Below are positions 12,603 through 21,922 of a stretch of DNA of 48,023 bases, piece by piece. The notes beneath the pieces are model-generated. The model had not been told where the DNA came from and did no database searches. It was given only the letters and a program-made list of their open reading frames with translations. Positions within the stretch are counted from its first letter, which is position 1. Every line of letters starts with the position of its first letter. The DNA is taken from positions 1 to 48,023 of the forward strand of contig NIVC01004379.1 in NCBI GenBank assembly GCA_002269645.1, read 5' to 3'. The stretch is from Macrostomum lignano. Lineage: Eukaryota. Position numbers and translations under genes: made by a program.

Positions 12603-15600
12603 ATGTCCTCTTCTAACGAAGAAAGTGATGAGGCCTTGTCGCCCAATGGGGCTGCTGGCCAGGGCCAGCAGGTTTTACAGTTGCAGACAGAGAGTAGCAC
12701 ATCAACGCCACCTGAAGCTGGTGCCTCAAGCCAACAGGCTGCACAGGTTGGAGACACAAGTAGGGATGCGAAACCACCACATGGTATGGCAGAGCAGTCA
12801 GACTTAAGTAAGGTCCTCCAGACTCTAACAATGATCCTAGAGAAAACTTGTGACAGAGAGGCTTCCGCAGCAGCTGAGAAACTTTCAAACTCGAGCCCAA
12901 AGCTACGACCACCACCACCCTTTCAACCCCAAATGAATTTCGAACTATGGGAGACACAGTTTCTGACTTATGTTGAAGCTCATCATGTCCCAACACCTCA
13001 GCAACCAGCTGTCCTATTGTCAATGCTCGCACCTGAGTGCCAAGAATTCATTTTTAACAACTCTCTGCACCGCGAGTCCATTCAAACTGCACTAAAAAGT
13101 CTGAAAGATCGATTCACAGATTCGGGAACAGAACACAAAAGCTACTTAGAGCTTGCGGTTGCCGAACAGTTAAACTCGGAAACAACACAGGAGTTCTTTG
13201 ACAGACTAACAAGACTATCAAAGTCTGCTAATCTTAAAAAACCTACCGCCGAACCCTTGGTGCGAGCTCGGTTTTGCTATGGTCTGAGAGATAAGGGTCT
13301 TGCTGAAAGACTGATCCTCCTGGGTCAAGAAAACCCAACATGGTCTGCTGAAGATTTAGCAAAAAAGGCCAGGGAAATTGCCGGTGTCAAGAAGCTCTTA
13401 TCTAGTGAAGTAACTCCAGTCATCAGAGCTGCCGCCCCTGACAGAACAGCAGAATTAGAAGCCCGAATCCGCGAGCTTGAAAAACTAGTTCAACAGAATC
13501 AGACCACTCAGTCTTCAGATCATAATTCAAAAGATTTTCAGAACTTTCCTTCACAAGTGCCGCCTGTCAATCTGGGACAATCTGGCCAGTACAAGAACAG
13601 TAGTCGTTGGTCTAAATCCCCTAAGCGATGCAATCGGTGCAGCGACCATGACCATTTAACTGCGGACTGCCCGAAACCACCGCCCTCCAATGGGGTAGGG
13701 GCAGGTGGAAGACCAACTGGTATGGCCCCAATGATGGAAATAGGAACCATAACGGTTTGGAAAGGTGGATTTGGCTTTATCCAGCCAAGTCAGATGCCAG
13801 ACTCCCTCTTTTGCCATTATTCCAGCCTTGACAACGAGTTAAAACAGGTTGCAAACAGCCATCAGTTAGTAGGCACAACTGTGCAATTCTTACGCCGAGC
13901 AGATCCTGGTCACAAACATGATAGAGCAGTAGGGGTCTGTCGCTACCAAATGCCTGTCCGATGTGACCAATCCTGGGCGGCCGATACTCCAGTCGAGTCT
14001 AGTATGTTTGTGCAGTTGGGAATTGGAGACAACAAGGTCATCGCTTGCCTTGATTCAGGTTGCAATGCAAGCGTCATGGGCACCAAAGTCAGAGACCAAC
14101 TGATTGCAAACGATCCAATCAACAATACATTTATTCCTGCTAGAAAATACCAAGCTGCAACAGCATTTAATGGTACCTCGACACAGATTCTAGGCACCCT
14201 ACACTGTGAAGTCAAGCTGGGCAAAATATCACAGACTCACGTGTTCCTAGTCACAGAAGGTCAAGTTACAGACGTCCTCTTAGGAATAGACTTTATGAGA
14301 GGTTTTAACGTGAACCTGCTTGTTGCAGATGGTCAGGTAACTGTAGCGGGCGAAGTGGTACCTGTGATTGAAGGCGATCGGGGAGTCTTTCAAGCTCGCA
14401 GAGTCACTGCAGCTTGCAACGTGCAGTTACCCCCCAGATCAGAGACCATGGTGCCAAGCCGAGTCATTGGTGCAGATCCTGGCTCTCCTGGATTCCTGGG
14501 CACCAAGCTCTTTTGTTCTGACTCGGAATTCTTTGTGGCTCATTCTGTGGATAGTGTGAGCAGCACTGGTCATGTCCTGGTACGCCTATTGAATAGTGGC
14601 AACCAGCCGTCCGAAATTGCTGCGGGACAGGAGATCGCCTCCTTTCAAAGCTTAAGAGTTGGTGAGACCATCTCGCACACTGCTCTCACCGAGAAGGACT
14701 TCTCAGTTAGCAGTTCCAAAGATCTGGGAACCAAGCTTGCTAAACTTCCTGACCCTGATCTTGGCACAGCATCTTGGCTAAAGAAGCAGTTCAAACTAGA
14801 AGAGTCCACCCTGTCAGAAACCCAGTTGACAATAACATTAAAACTGTTAAACTATTTCCTCAGTGCGATATCTAAAAGTGACACGGATTTAGGGAAAACA
14901 CACCTTCACGAGATGGCTATTGAGCTCAACGAACCAACCTGCCGACCCATCTCGCAACCCTCAAGACGCACAACACCAGCGCAAAAAGAATTTTTAGATC
15001 GGCACATAAACCAGCTAATTGAACAAGGAGTAATCGAAGAAAGCAACTCAGAATGGGCTTCTCCCATAGTCTTAGTTAGGAAAAAAGACGGCTCGCAGCG
15101 CCTTTGCATTGATTACCGTAGTGTCAACAAAGTCATAAAACCGTGCACCTTTCCGCTGCCTCTAATAGAGGAGTCCTTTGATAGCTTAGCGGGGTCAAAG
15201 GTATTCTCAAGTTTAGATCTTACATCTGCCTACTGGCAGGTAGGTATCCGAGAACAGGACCGTGATCTCACGGCCTTCACATGTCCCCAGGGGACCTATC
15301 GCTGGAAAGTTGTCCCATTCGGGATAAAAACAGCCCCAGCGAACTTTGCCAAGTTGATGCACAAAGTTTTCCGACCTTTATTAATGCGCGTCAGCCTCAT
15401 CTACTTGGACGACATCATTATAAAAGCCAGAGACAATGACGAAATGATCGTCCACCTGGCCCTTGTCCTTTGGCAACTTAAAAAGGCCAATCTAAAAATC
15501 AAGCCATCGAAATGTGAACTTTTTAAGGATCGAGTTCGTTTCTTAGGATTCGTCGTCTCCTCCCAGGGCATAGAAGCAGATCCGACTAAGATCGACGCTG

Positions 15601-17012
15601 TTAGAAACTGGTGCAAGCCAACAGACAAGAGGCAATTACTAGCTTTTCTTGGATTCGCGAATTACTACAGGAAATTTGTAGCTCGATTTTCTGTAATCGC
15701 ATCTCCTCTGTATTCGTTGGCCAAAGGGTCATCAAAATTCTGCTGGCTCGAACATCACGACAGAGCATTTGAAGAGTTGAAGGCCAATTTATGTGCTCCT
15801 CCAGTTCTAGCATATCCTGACCTCAAGCCGTCAGCTGGGCCCTTCATCTTGGACTGTGACTCCTCGCTCGAAGGAGTTGGCGGAGTATTGTCACAAGAAG
15901 GCCCAGATGGACAAGAGCACGTTGTGGCGTACGCGTCCAAGAAATTCACGCACTCCCAGCGGAACTATTGTGCTACTATGCGCGAACTACTTGGCTTGGT
16001 CATTATGTTAGAACACTTCAGAACGTACCTCTTGGACCGCAGTTTTCTGGTGCGTTCCGATGCAGCAGCCTTGCAGTGGCTGCACACCAAAAAACATAGC
16101 ACGGGCATGCTAGCTCAGTGGCTGGCAACCATTGACGTCTACAACTTTAAGGTATGTCAGACACCACTGGAACGACTTGCGGAGTATGACTTCTCAGTGG
16201 AGCATCGTCCTGGCCGTGATCATGTTAACGCGGATATGCTCAGCCGCAACCCCAGGTTTAGGTCAGATCACCATGACTGCCCAACGTGCAGCAAAATCCC
16301 TGCTTTCCAAGACAAATTTAGGAAGTTGGAGGAGCAAAGGTGCCAGGACGAGGATGAGGATACAGACAGCATGCCCGCTGTGCAGCTGAGAACAGCACAA
16401 ATAGACGCTTGCTGCCAGACGGAGCCCCACCAATCAAACCAAGAGCCGAAGTATCCTTCCGAGATTTTGACCAGCCATGAAGGGTCGGATGAGGTCAGAA
16501 GCCATCGGTCGCTTAGCTTGCCTTCGACAGCCCAGGATCCGGACCCGGAGGGAGAAACATCTGAGGATGAGATGTCAGAAAACTCCGAGAATCTATGGGC
16601 TAGAGAAGCTCAAGAATCTAGCACAGATCTCGTGAGATTGATTGAGGCCGTTGAAGGGAAATCTCCAAGACTAACTAAGGTTGAAGTCCAGGACTGCAGT
16701 CGTGAAATTCGAACGCTTTGGGCCATGTTTGACGAACTCGAAGTTGTAAATGGCCTTCTGACTCGCGTCAAACCCGCTAAGCAGGGCCAAGTCAGTCAGC
16801 GACTCATAATCATACCAGAGACAGCAGATGTTGATGAGCTAGTTTCCTGCTATCACAGAGACATTAATCACTGCGGAATCAACAAAACAGTCCGGGCCTT
16901 AAAACAAAGGTTCCAAATCACAAACCTCGAAGTATTCGTGAAGGAATCATTGCTGAATGCGAGGTATGCTGCCGCACTAAGAAGAACAAACGGAAGAATA
17001 AAGAACCATTAG
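12603..17012 (+). CDS. Gag-Pol polyprotein part 1: capsid, CCHC knuckle, cold-shock-like domain, aspartic protease, RT, RNase H, start of the integrase zinc finger
   Basis: CNRCSDHDHLTADC (CX2CX4HX4C, 13629-13670); CSD-like 13740-13943; LDSG protease; YLDD RT; FILDCDSS..GVGGVLSQ and HRPG..H.NAD.LSR RNase H; YHRDINHCG. The true frame shifts at ~16945. Confidence 0.96.
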   Translation: MSSSNEESDEALSPNGAAGQGQQVLQLQTESSTSTPPEAGASSQQAAQVGDTSRDAKPPHGMAEQSDLSKVLQTLTMILEKTCDREASAAAEKLSNSSPKLRPPPPFQPQMNFELWETQFLTYVEAHHVPTPQQPAVLLSMLAPECQEFIFNNSLHRESIQTALKSLKDRFTDSGTEHKSYLELAVAEQLNSETTQEFFDRLTRLSKSANLKKPTAEPLVRARFCYGLRDKGLAERLILLGQENPTWSAEDLAKKAREIAGVKKLLSSEVTPVIRAAAPDRTAELEARIRELEKLVQQNQTTQSSDHNSKDFQNFPSQVPPVNLGQSGQYKNSSRWSKSPKRCNRCSDHDHLTADCPKPPPSNGVGAGGRPTGMAPMMEIGTITVWKGGFGFIQPSQMPDSLFCHYSSLDNELKQVANSHQLVGTTVQFLRRADPGHKHDRAVGVCRYQMPVRCDQSWAADTPVESSMFVQLGIGDNKVIACLDSGCNASVMGTKVRDQLIANDPINNTFIPARKYQAATAFNGTSTQILGTLHCEVKLGKISQTHVFLVTEGQVTDVLLGIDFMRGFNVNLLVADGQVTVAGEVVPVIEGDRGVFQARRVTAACNVQLPPRSETMVPSRVIGADPGSPGFLGTKLFCSDSEFFVAHSVDSVSSTGHVLVRLLNSGNQPSEIAAGQEIASFQSLRVGETISHTALTEKDFSVSSSKDLGTKLAKLPDPDLGTASWLKKQFKLEESTLSETQLTITLKLLNYFLSAISKSDTDLGKTHLHEMAIELNEPTCRPISQPSRRTTPAQKEFLDRHINQLIEQGVIEESNSEWASPIVLVRKKDGSQRLCIDYRSVNKVIKPCTFPLPLIEESFDSLAGSKVFSSLDLTSAYWQVGIREQDRDLTAFTCPQGTYRWKVVPFGIKTAPANFAKLMHKVFRPLLMRVSLIYLDDIIIKARDNDEMIVHLALVLWQLKKANLKIKPSKCELFKDRVRFLGFVVSSQGIEADPTKIDAVRNWCKPTDKRQLLAFLGFANYYRKFVARFSVIASPLYSLAKGSSKFCWLEHHDRAFEELKANLCAPPVLAYPDLKPSAGPFILDCDSSLEGVGGVLSQEGPDGQEHVVAYASKKFTHSQRNYCATMRELLGLVIMLEHFRTYLLDRSFLVRSDAAALQWLHTKKHSTGMLAQWLATIDVYNFKVCQTPLERLAEYDFSVEHRPGRDHVNADMLSRNPRFRSDHHDCPTCSKIPAFQDKFRKLEEQRCQDEDEDTDSMPAVQLRTAQIDACCQTEPHQSNQEPKYPSEILTSHEGSDEVRSHRSLSLPSTAQDPDPEGETSEDEMSENSENLWAREAQESSTDLVRLIEAVEGKSPRLTKVEVQDCSREIRTLWAMFDELEVVNGLLTRVKPAKQGQVSQRLIIIPETADVDELVSCYHRDINHCGINKTVRALKQRFQITNLEVFVKESLLNARYAAALRRTNGRIKNH

Positions 17013-18733
17013 AACCAATTTTATCAGGCTATCCAAATCAAATTGTGCACGTTGACCACGCAGGGCCTTTCCCAGAGCAGGAGGGCAACCGTTACTTGCT
17101 GGTGCTAGTAGATAACTTTTCTGGGTATGTAGAGATCGTGCCTGTCCCAGACGTCTCGGCCGCAACTACCGCCACAGTTATACTAACCGAGTGGATAGTT
17201 CGATATGGCACTATGGAGAAACTTGTTTCGGATAATGGCACGGCCTTCATAAATAAAACGGTAGCGGAGCTCACCAGACTACTTGAAATAGACATGGCAC
17301 GTATCACCGCACACAGGCCGCAATCAAACGGTAAAGCGGAAAGGACCATACAATCAATCAAAGCGCAGATTCGTGCAATTTGCCTTGAAAAAAGAGTCAA
17401 TTGGGTCTATGCAGCTCGTTTGGCCGGTCTTTCAATCCGGACGACTGTGGCCGAATCCACAGGCTGGACCCCAGCCAGGCTCTTTTTCGGTCGGGAACTT
17501 GTGCTGCCTCTAGACCTGCTGTTCAACCCGCCAAGGCACGACAGGTATGATCCAGACTGTTATGCACACAAGCTGCACAAACTATTGGTGGAGGTATCGG
17601 CGATCGCCCGCATGGAGCGAGGTAAGGCCCAACAGAGGCAAAAGCGGAATTATGATCGTAATACCATTCACTCCAACTTCGAAATCGGAGAACTGGTGTG
17701 GGTACTCAACCCCGACCATCGGGGATTAGACTCAGCCGTCTGGTTAGGGCCATACAAAGTAGTTCAAAAGGTTTCTGAGCGAAACTACCGCCTCATTCCC
17801 GAATTCGCTCGCATCAATCCAATCTGCCAAACACCAAATCCGAGTCATAACATCTACAACGTAGACCGAATGAAGCGGTGTATCCGCAAGCAAACGTACC
17901 AAGATATCGCCGACCGGTTCGAACTCAGGGTCCCAGCTCTGATTCCACCTTCGAGATTAGGCCAACTGGATGATCAATCCGAGTCTCGCAGTGACTCCTG
18001 GGGTTCATCGGCCACTACCTGCAGTGAGCCGGAACCAGAAGCTGAAGTTCCCAACACACAGGATGACGAAGCGCCTGATCCACCGCACACATCAGCACCT
18101 GATCCACCACACACACCAGCGCCTGATCCACCGCGCACATTAGCGCCTGATCCACCGCACACATCAGCGCCTGATCCACCACACACATCAGCGCCTGATC
18201 CACCGAACACATCAGCGCCTGATCCACCGCGCACATCAGCGCCTGATCCACCGCATCCACCAGCGCCTGATCCACCGCACACATCAGCGCCTGATCCACC
18301 GCACACATCGTCGCCTGATCGTTTAGCACGAAACCAGTCGCCAAGCTTGCCTAGCGCTTTCGTAGAAGTGGCAGACTCGGGGAATCTGCAACAGGATTAC
18401 CAGGTACCTGAAATTGGTGCAGAAGTGGAAGTACCGCAGAACAACACAGAAGAACAGCTGCCAGAATCTCGAGTCCATGAAAGCAGCACTACCATGCCTG
18501 CAATGGACGGCTTGCGTCCAGAAAGTCCAACGAGTGGCAGCCATTGTATTCAAGAGACACCACCAGCGCAAGATACCGTGGATAGTGATAAAGTGGAAGC
18601 ATTTCCAGCTGGTCCAGTCACTACGCCGATTACGACGACCCGTTCCGGCCGTCTGGTGCGTAAGCCTCAGCGTTTCTTGAACACTATAGTGCGTCTGTGT
18701 TCGAGGAACGGACATTTAAGCAACAGCGCCTAG
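16946..18733 (+). CDS. Gag-Pol polyprotein part 2: integrase (CxxC of the zinc finger, DD35E core, GPY/F module, Pro-rich tail); -1 frame relative to part 1
   Basis: The frame of ORF 17045-18733 extends upstream as IIAECEVCCRTKKNKRKNKEPLEPILSGYPNQIVHVDHAGPF; HVD, SDNG and GKAE give D,D35E; WLGPYKV; terminal TTRSGRLVRKPQRF. Restoring one base gives a single 2043-aa ORF. Confidence 0.94.
   Translation: MIAECEVCCRTKKNKRKNKEPLEPILSGYPNQIVHVDHAGPFPEQEGNRYLLVLVDNFSGYVEIVPVPDVSAATTATVILTEWIVRYGTMEKLVSDNGTAFINKTVAELTRLLEIDMARITAHRPQSNGKAERTIQSIKAQIRAICLEKRVNWVYAARLAGLSIRTTVAESTGWTPARLFFGRELVLPLDLLFNPPRHDRYDPDCYAHKLHKLLVEVSAIARMERGKAQQRQKRNYDRNTIHSNFEIGELVWVLNPDHRGLDSAVWLGPYKVVQKVSERNYRLIPEFARINPICQTPNPSHNIYNVDRMKRCIRKQTYQDIADRFELRVPALIPPSRLGQLDDQSESRSDSWGSSATTCSEPEPEAEVPNTQDDEAPDPPHTSAPDPPHTPAPDPPRTLAPDPPHTSAPDPPHTSAPDPPNTSAPDPPRTSAPDPPHPPAPDPPHTSAPDPPHTSSPDRLARNQSPSLPSAFVEVADSGNLQQDYQVPEIGAEVEVPQNNTEEQLPESRVHESSTTMPAMDGLRPESPTSGSHCIQETPPAQDTVDSDKVEAFPAGPVTTPITTTRSGRLVRKPQRFLNTIVRLCSRNGHLSNSA
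18071..18320 (+). repeat. Coding 24-bp tandem repeat, (APDPPHTS)x~10, in the integrase tail
   Basis: GCGCCTGATCCACCGCACACATCA repeated in frame. Confidence 0.95.
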
Positions 18734-19026
18734 CGTTTAACCTTAATGGGGCTTACTTGGGGTCATTGCTCACTACTAATGATTTGTAACTGACAAAAAA
18801 ACTTTTAAAAAATCCAAAAATATTGAAATGGAAATATTCGAATACGACATTGCAGCAGTCGTTAAAGTAACCATGAAAAGGTAAATTTGAGTTTTCAGTT
18901 TTCAGTGCTGGTGGTCTGCTTTGGTTTTCACACATATCGTTTGCCTTGGCTGTGTTGCGGGCTATCGTTGCTGCAACGCTCTAAGCCTGGTGTGAAACTT
19001 TCCTAGCTTTCTTGTGCCTTTCCACC

Positions 19027-20001
19027 TTAGGTTCTTTTCTTTCGTCTTTGGGGGGGGGGTTCTGCAGTTGTAGTTATTAGGGGGGGGGGGATCGGTCTCC
19101 TGCCAGCCACCATCGGCCTCCTGCCGGCTACCATCGGCCTCCTGCTGGCTACCATCGGCCTCCTGCTGGCTACCATCGGCCTCCTGCTGGCTACCATCGG
19201 CCTCCTGCCGGCTACCATCGGCCTCCTGCCGGCTACCATCGGCCTCCTGCCGGCTACCATCGGCCTCCTGCCGGCTACCATCGGCCTCCTGCCGGCCACC
19301 ATCGGCCTCCTGCCGTCTACCATCGGCCTGCTCCTGCCGGCTACCATCGGCCTGCTCCTGCCGGCTACCATCGGCCTCCTGCTGGCTACCATCGGCCTCC
19401 TGCCGGCTACCATCGGCCTCCTGCCGGCTACCATCGGCCTCCTGCCGGCCACCATCGGCCTGCTCCTGCCGGCTATCATCGGCCTGCTCCTGCCGGCTAC
19501 CATCGGCCTGCTCACGCCGGCTACCATCGGCCTGCTCCTGCCGGCTACCATCGGCCTCCTGCCGGCTACCATCGGCCTCCTGCCGGCTACCATCGGCCTC
19601 CTGCCGGCTACCATCGGCCTCCTGCCGGCCACCATCGGCCTCCTGCCGGCTACCATCGGCCTGCTCCTGCCGGCTACCATCGGCCTGCTCCTGCCGGCTA
19701 CCATCGGCCTCCTGCTGGCTACCATCGGCCTCCTGCCGGCTACCATCGGCCTCCTGCCGGCTACCATCGGCCTCCTGCCGGCCACCATCGGCCTGCTCCT
19801 GCCGGCTACCATCGGCCTGCTCCTGCCGGCTACCATCGGCCTGCTCACGCCGGCTACCATCGGCCTGCTCCTGCCGGCTACCATCGGCCTAATGCCGGCT
19901 ACCATCGGCCTCCTTTGGCGTTTCGTTCGCTCGTATGTCTTAATCCACTTTTGATTCCTTCTGACCGTTTGTCTCTCAATTAATTTTTCGCGAATATACA
20001 A
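19027..20001 (-). other. Antisense Arg-rich repeat ORF, (RRPMVAG/RSRPMVAG)n; coding status unproven
   Basis: 324-codon open frame; listed start is TTG, first ATG at 19905; basic unique flanks, C-terminal QRRKKRT. Confidence 0.3.
19090..19915 (+). repeat. 21/24-bp GC-rich tandem array (~37 units) between pol and the 3' LTR
   Basis: CCTCCTGCCGGCTACCATCGG and CCTGCTCCTGCCGGCTACCATCGG units; a higher-order block of ~15 units is duplicated. Confidence 0.96.
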
Positions 20002-20185
20002 TAGTTATATTACTGAATTTTATATCGTTACTTATTGCTTAATCGATCGTCTACTGCTTTTATTCCCAACCAATATTTGTGGAGTTCGAGTGCGCTCAAA
20101 TAACAACTTCGTTGACATTTTATTACATTTTAAGCCCTGTTATTTTCGAATTCATAAGATCGCCAGGCCGTTCCCTAATTTTTGC

Positions 20186-20198
20186 GGAAAGGGGCGGA
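20186..20198 (+). promoter_or_regulatory. Polypurine tract
   Basis: GGAAAGGGGCGGA immediately 5' of the 3' LTR. Confidence 0.85.
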
Positions 20199-20650
20199 TG
20201 TAACGTCGTCGCTTCTGTATTGAAAATGTTCAATTTCGTATTTATGGTTTTTTGCAATTAATATTTAAAACTATATCTATTTTGGTCTAATGTTTGTAAC
20301 TTATTTTTTAGTTACTTTCCTCATTTGGTTTAATTTTGTTTTTCTATTTTCAATTAGTGCAGTTATTCAAATTTTGCTTCTTGATAGTTTTTGTGTAGAG
20401 TCCTGCGCTCTGTGTGTTGGTCTTAGTTCCCGTAGGCTGGGTGGCATTAACATTATATTATCGTCTCAGGTTACCCTTTGGTAATAGTTGGCATTGCCAT
20501 ACTGCTTCTGACCTACTCACCATTATTCAGACTAGCAATTGAGTTGTTAAATTAATAATACGTATATTGGCCTAGGACAAGATCAACACTCAGACTCAGC
20601 ACGCGCGCGCGCATCAGTCCCATGTTCTCGAACTAAATAAACTCGTCACA
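20199..20650 (+). repeat. 3' LTR (452 bp)
   Basis: Near-identical to 11510-11961; followed by TSD CTAG. Confidence 0.97.
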
Positions 20651-21922
20651 CTAGACCATAGACAGAATTGAAAACTAAATTAAAAATTGTGTCCAACTTA
20701 CTAAGAAACTAAAATTAAAACAAAATAAATCTAAAAAACTAGTTTCTTACAGTCTAGAAGTCTATAGGTCTATGACAAAGTTTTATTGATTTTTTGCATA
20801 GGGCCTAGTAAAGAAACGTGCAATTGCAAGCCTTTTTATTTTTGTCTTGGTGTGCAAGATTTTTTGTGTGAAATAGGCTAGGCCCTATTAGTCCATTGGC
20901 ATGTAGGGGCCTACACATTGGCGTACGATAGCTAATTTAGCAAATTTTCTTCTGGCACTGGTACATGATCCTGATACTTGTTTCCAAACAAGACCCTCAG
21001 GAACTTTGTGTATTGGGTGTCACATTGTCCATTCATTGTTTTTTTGTAATTTCAGACTAACAAAACTACGCTCCTAGACACTTTTTACATCTTGCATGTT
21101 AATGTTATTCTTATTCCCTGTTACCCCTTACGGCTTAAGTCTTTTTGACTTTTTTATTCCTAAAGTTATTTAAAAAGTTACTATTTTCTACAGAAGTAAT
21201 TTAACATGCGAAACTAGGGGCCTACAGTGTACACTACAGTTAGTCATATGCCTTAATAAATGTAAATGTACGATTATTAATAAGTAATAAAAATATTAAC
21301 TTTATGTACTTTAACTGAAATATGTAATTTTAAGTTATGAAATAATCAATTAAATCTAATAAATCTAATTCAAGTCTGATCAGATCCAGAAATATATATA
21401 TAAATATGGGGGTATATCAATTAGCTACTTTTTGTTTTGCAATCTGCTGAGTACTAGGTCCTTGTTCAATCTATGTAATTTGTGGTAAATTTCAATTTTG
21501 TCTATGTCGTATGACCAAATATATATATTGTTTATTTGCTCCCCAGCGAGTGGGAAATAAATGCATTTATCATCCAGGGCAAGATAAATATAATGCATTA
21601 AAACATAGACTAACCAAGCGGGCAAATGGGAGATACATATGGATCTAGGCTCTTTCTAATGAAATTAGAGAGGGCAATAAATATTTATAAACAAGTTTTA
21701 TGCAATGGCAATAAAAAGTTATAGCTACTGTAGGTATATAGTTTATCTTATCTGTTTTAGTATACTTTAGCAATGGTCAATTATTATGCCAAACAAAATT
21801 CATTGTAATTATTTTAGTTTTTTTGCACTTATTATTGATTTATGTTACCATTTTTAGATAATTTTGTTTTGATTCTCATTTCTCTAATAGTTAAAAATTC
21901 AAAACTGCAGCCTACAAAAATA

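Larger units (their letters stand above)
11510..20650 (+). mobile_element. Full-length Ty3/gypsy LTR retrotransposon, 9141 bp, recent insertion
   Basis: TG...CA LTRs of 452 bp; 4-bp TSD CTAG (11506-11509 and 20651-20654); PBS; PPT; domain order Gag-PR-RT-RH-IN. Confidence 0.98.

Noticed and set aside
16935-17045. Programmed ribosomal frameshift between ORF1 and the integrase
   Set aside because: No X XXY YYZ slippery site, and the shift falls inside the HHCC finger rather than at the gag-pol boundary
19090-19915. CRISPR-like interpretation of this and the other 19-24 bp arrays (36592, 41690, 46520)
   Set aside because: Head-to-tail repeats with no unique spacers, eukaryotic context, no cas genes
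19027-20001. env gene
   Set aside because: Antisense, repetitive, with no signal peptide, TM segment or fusion motifs
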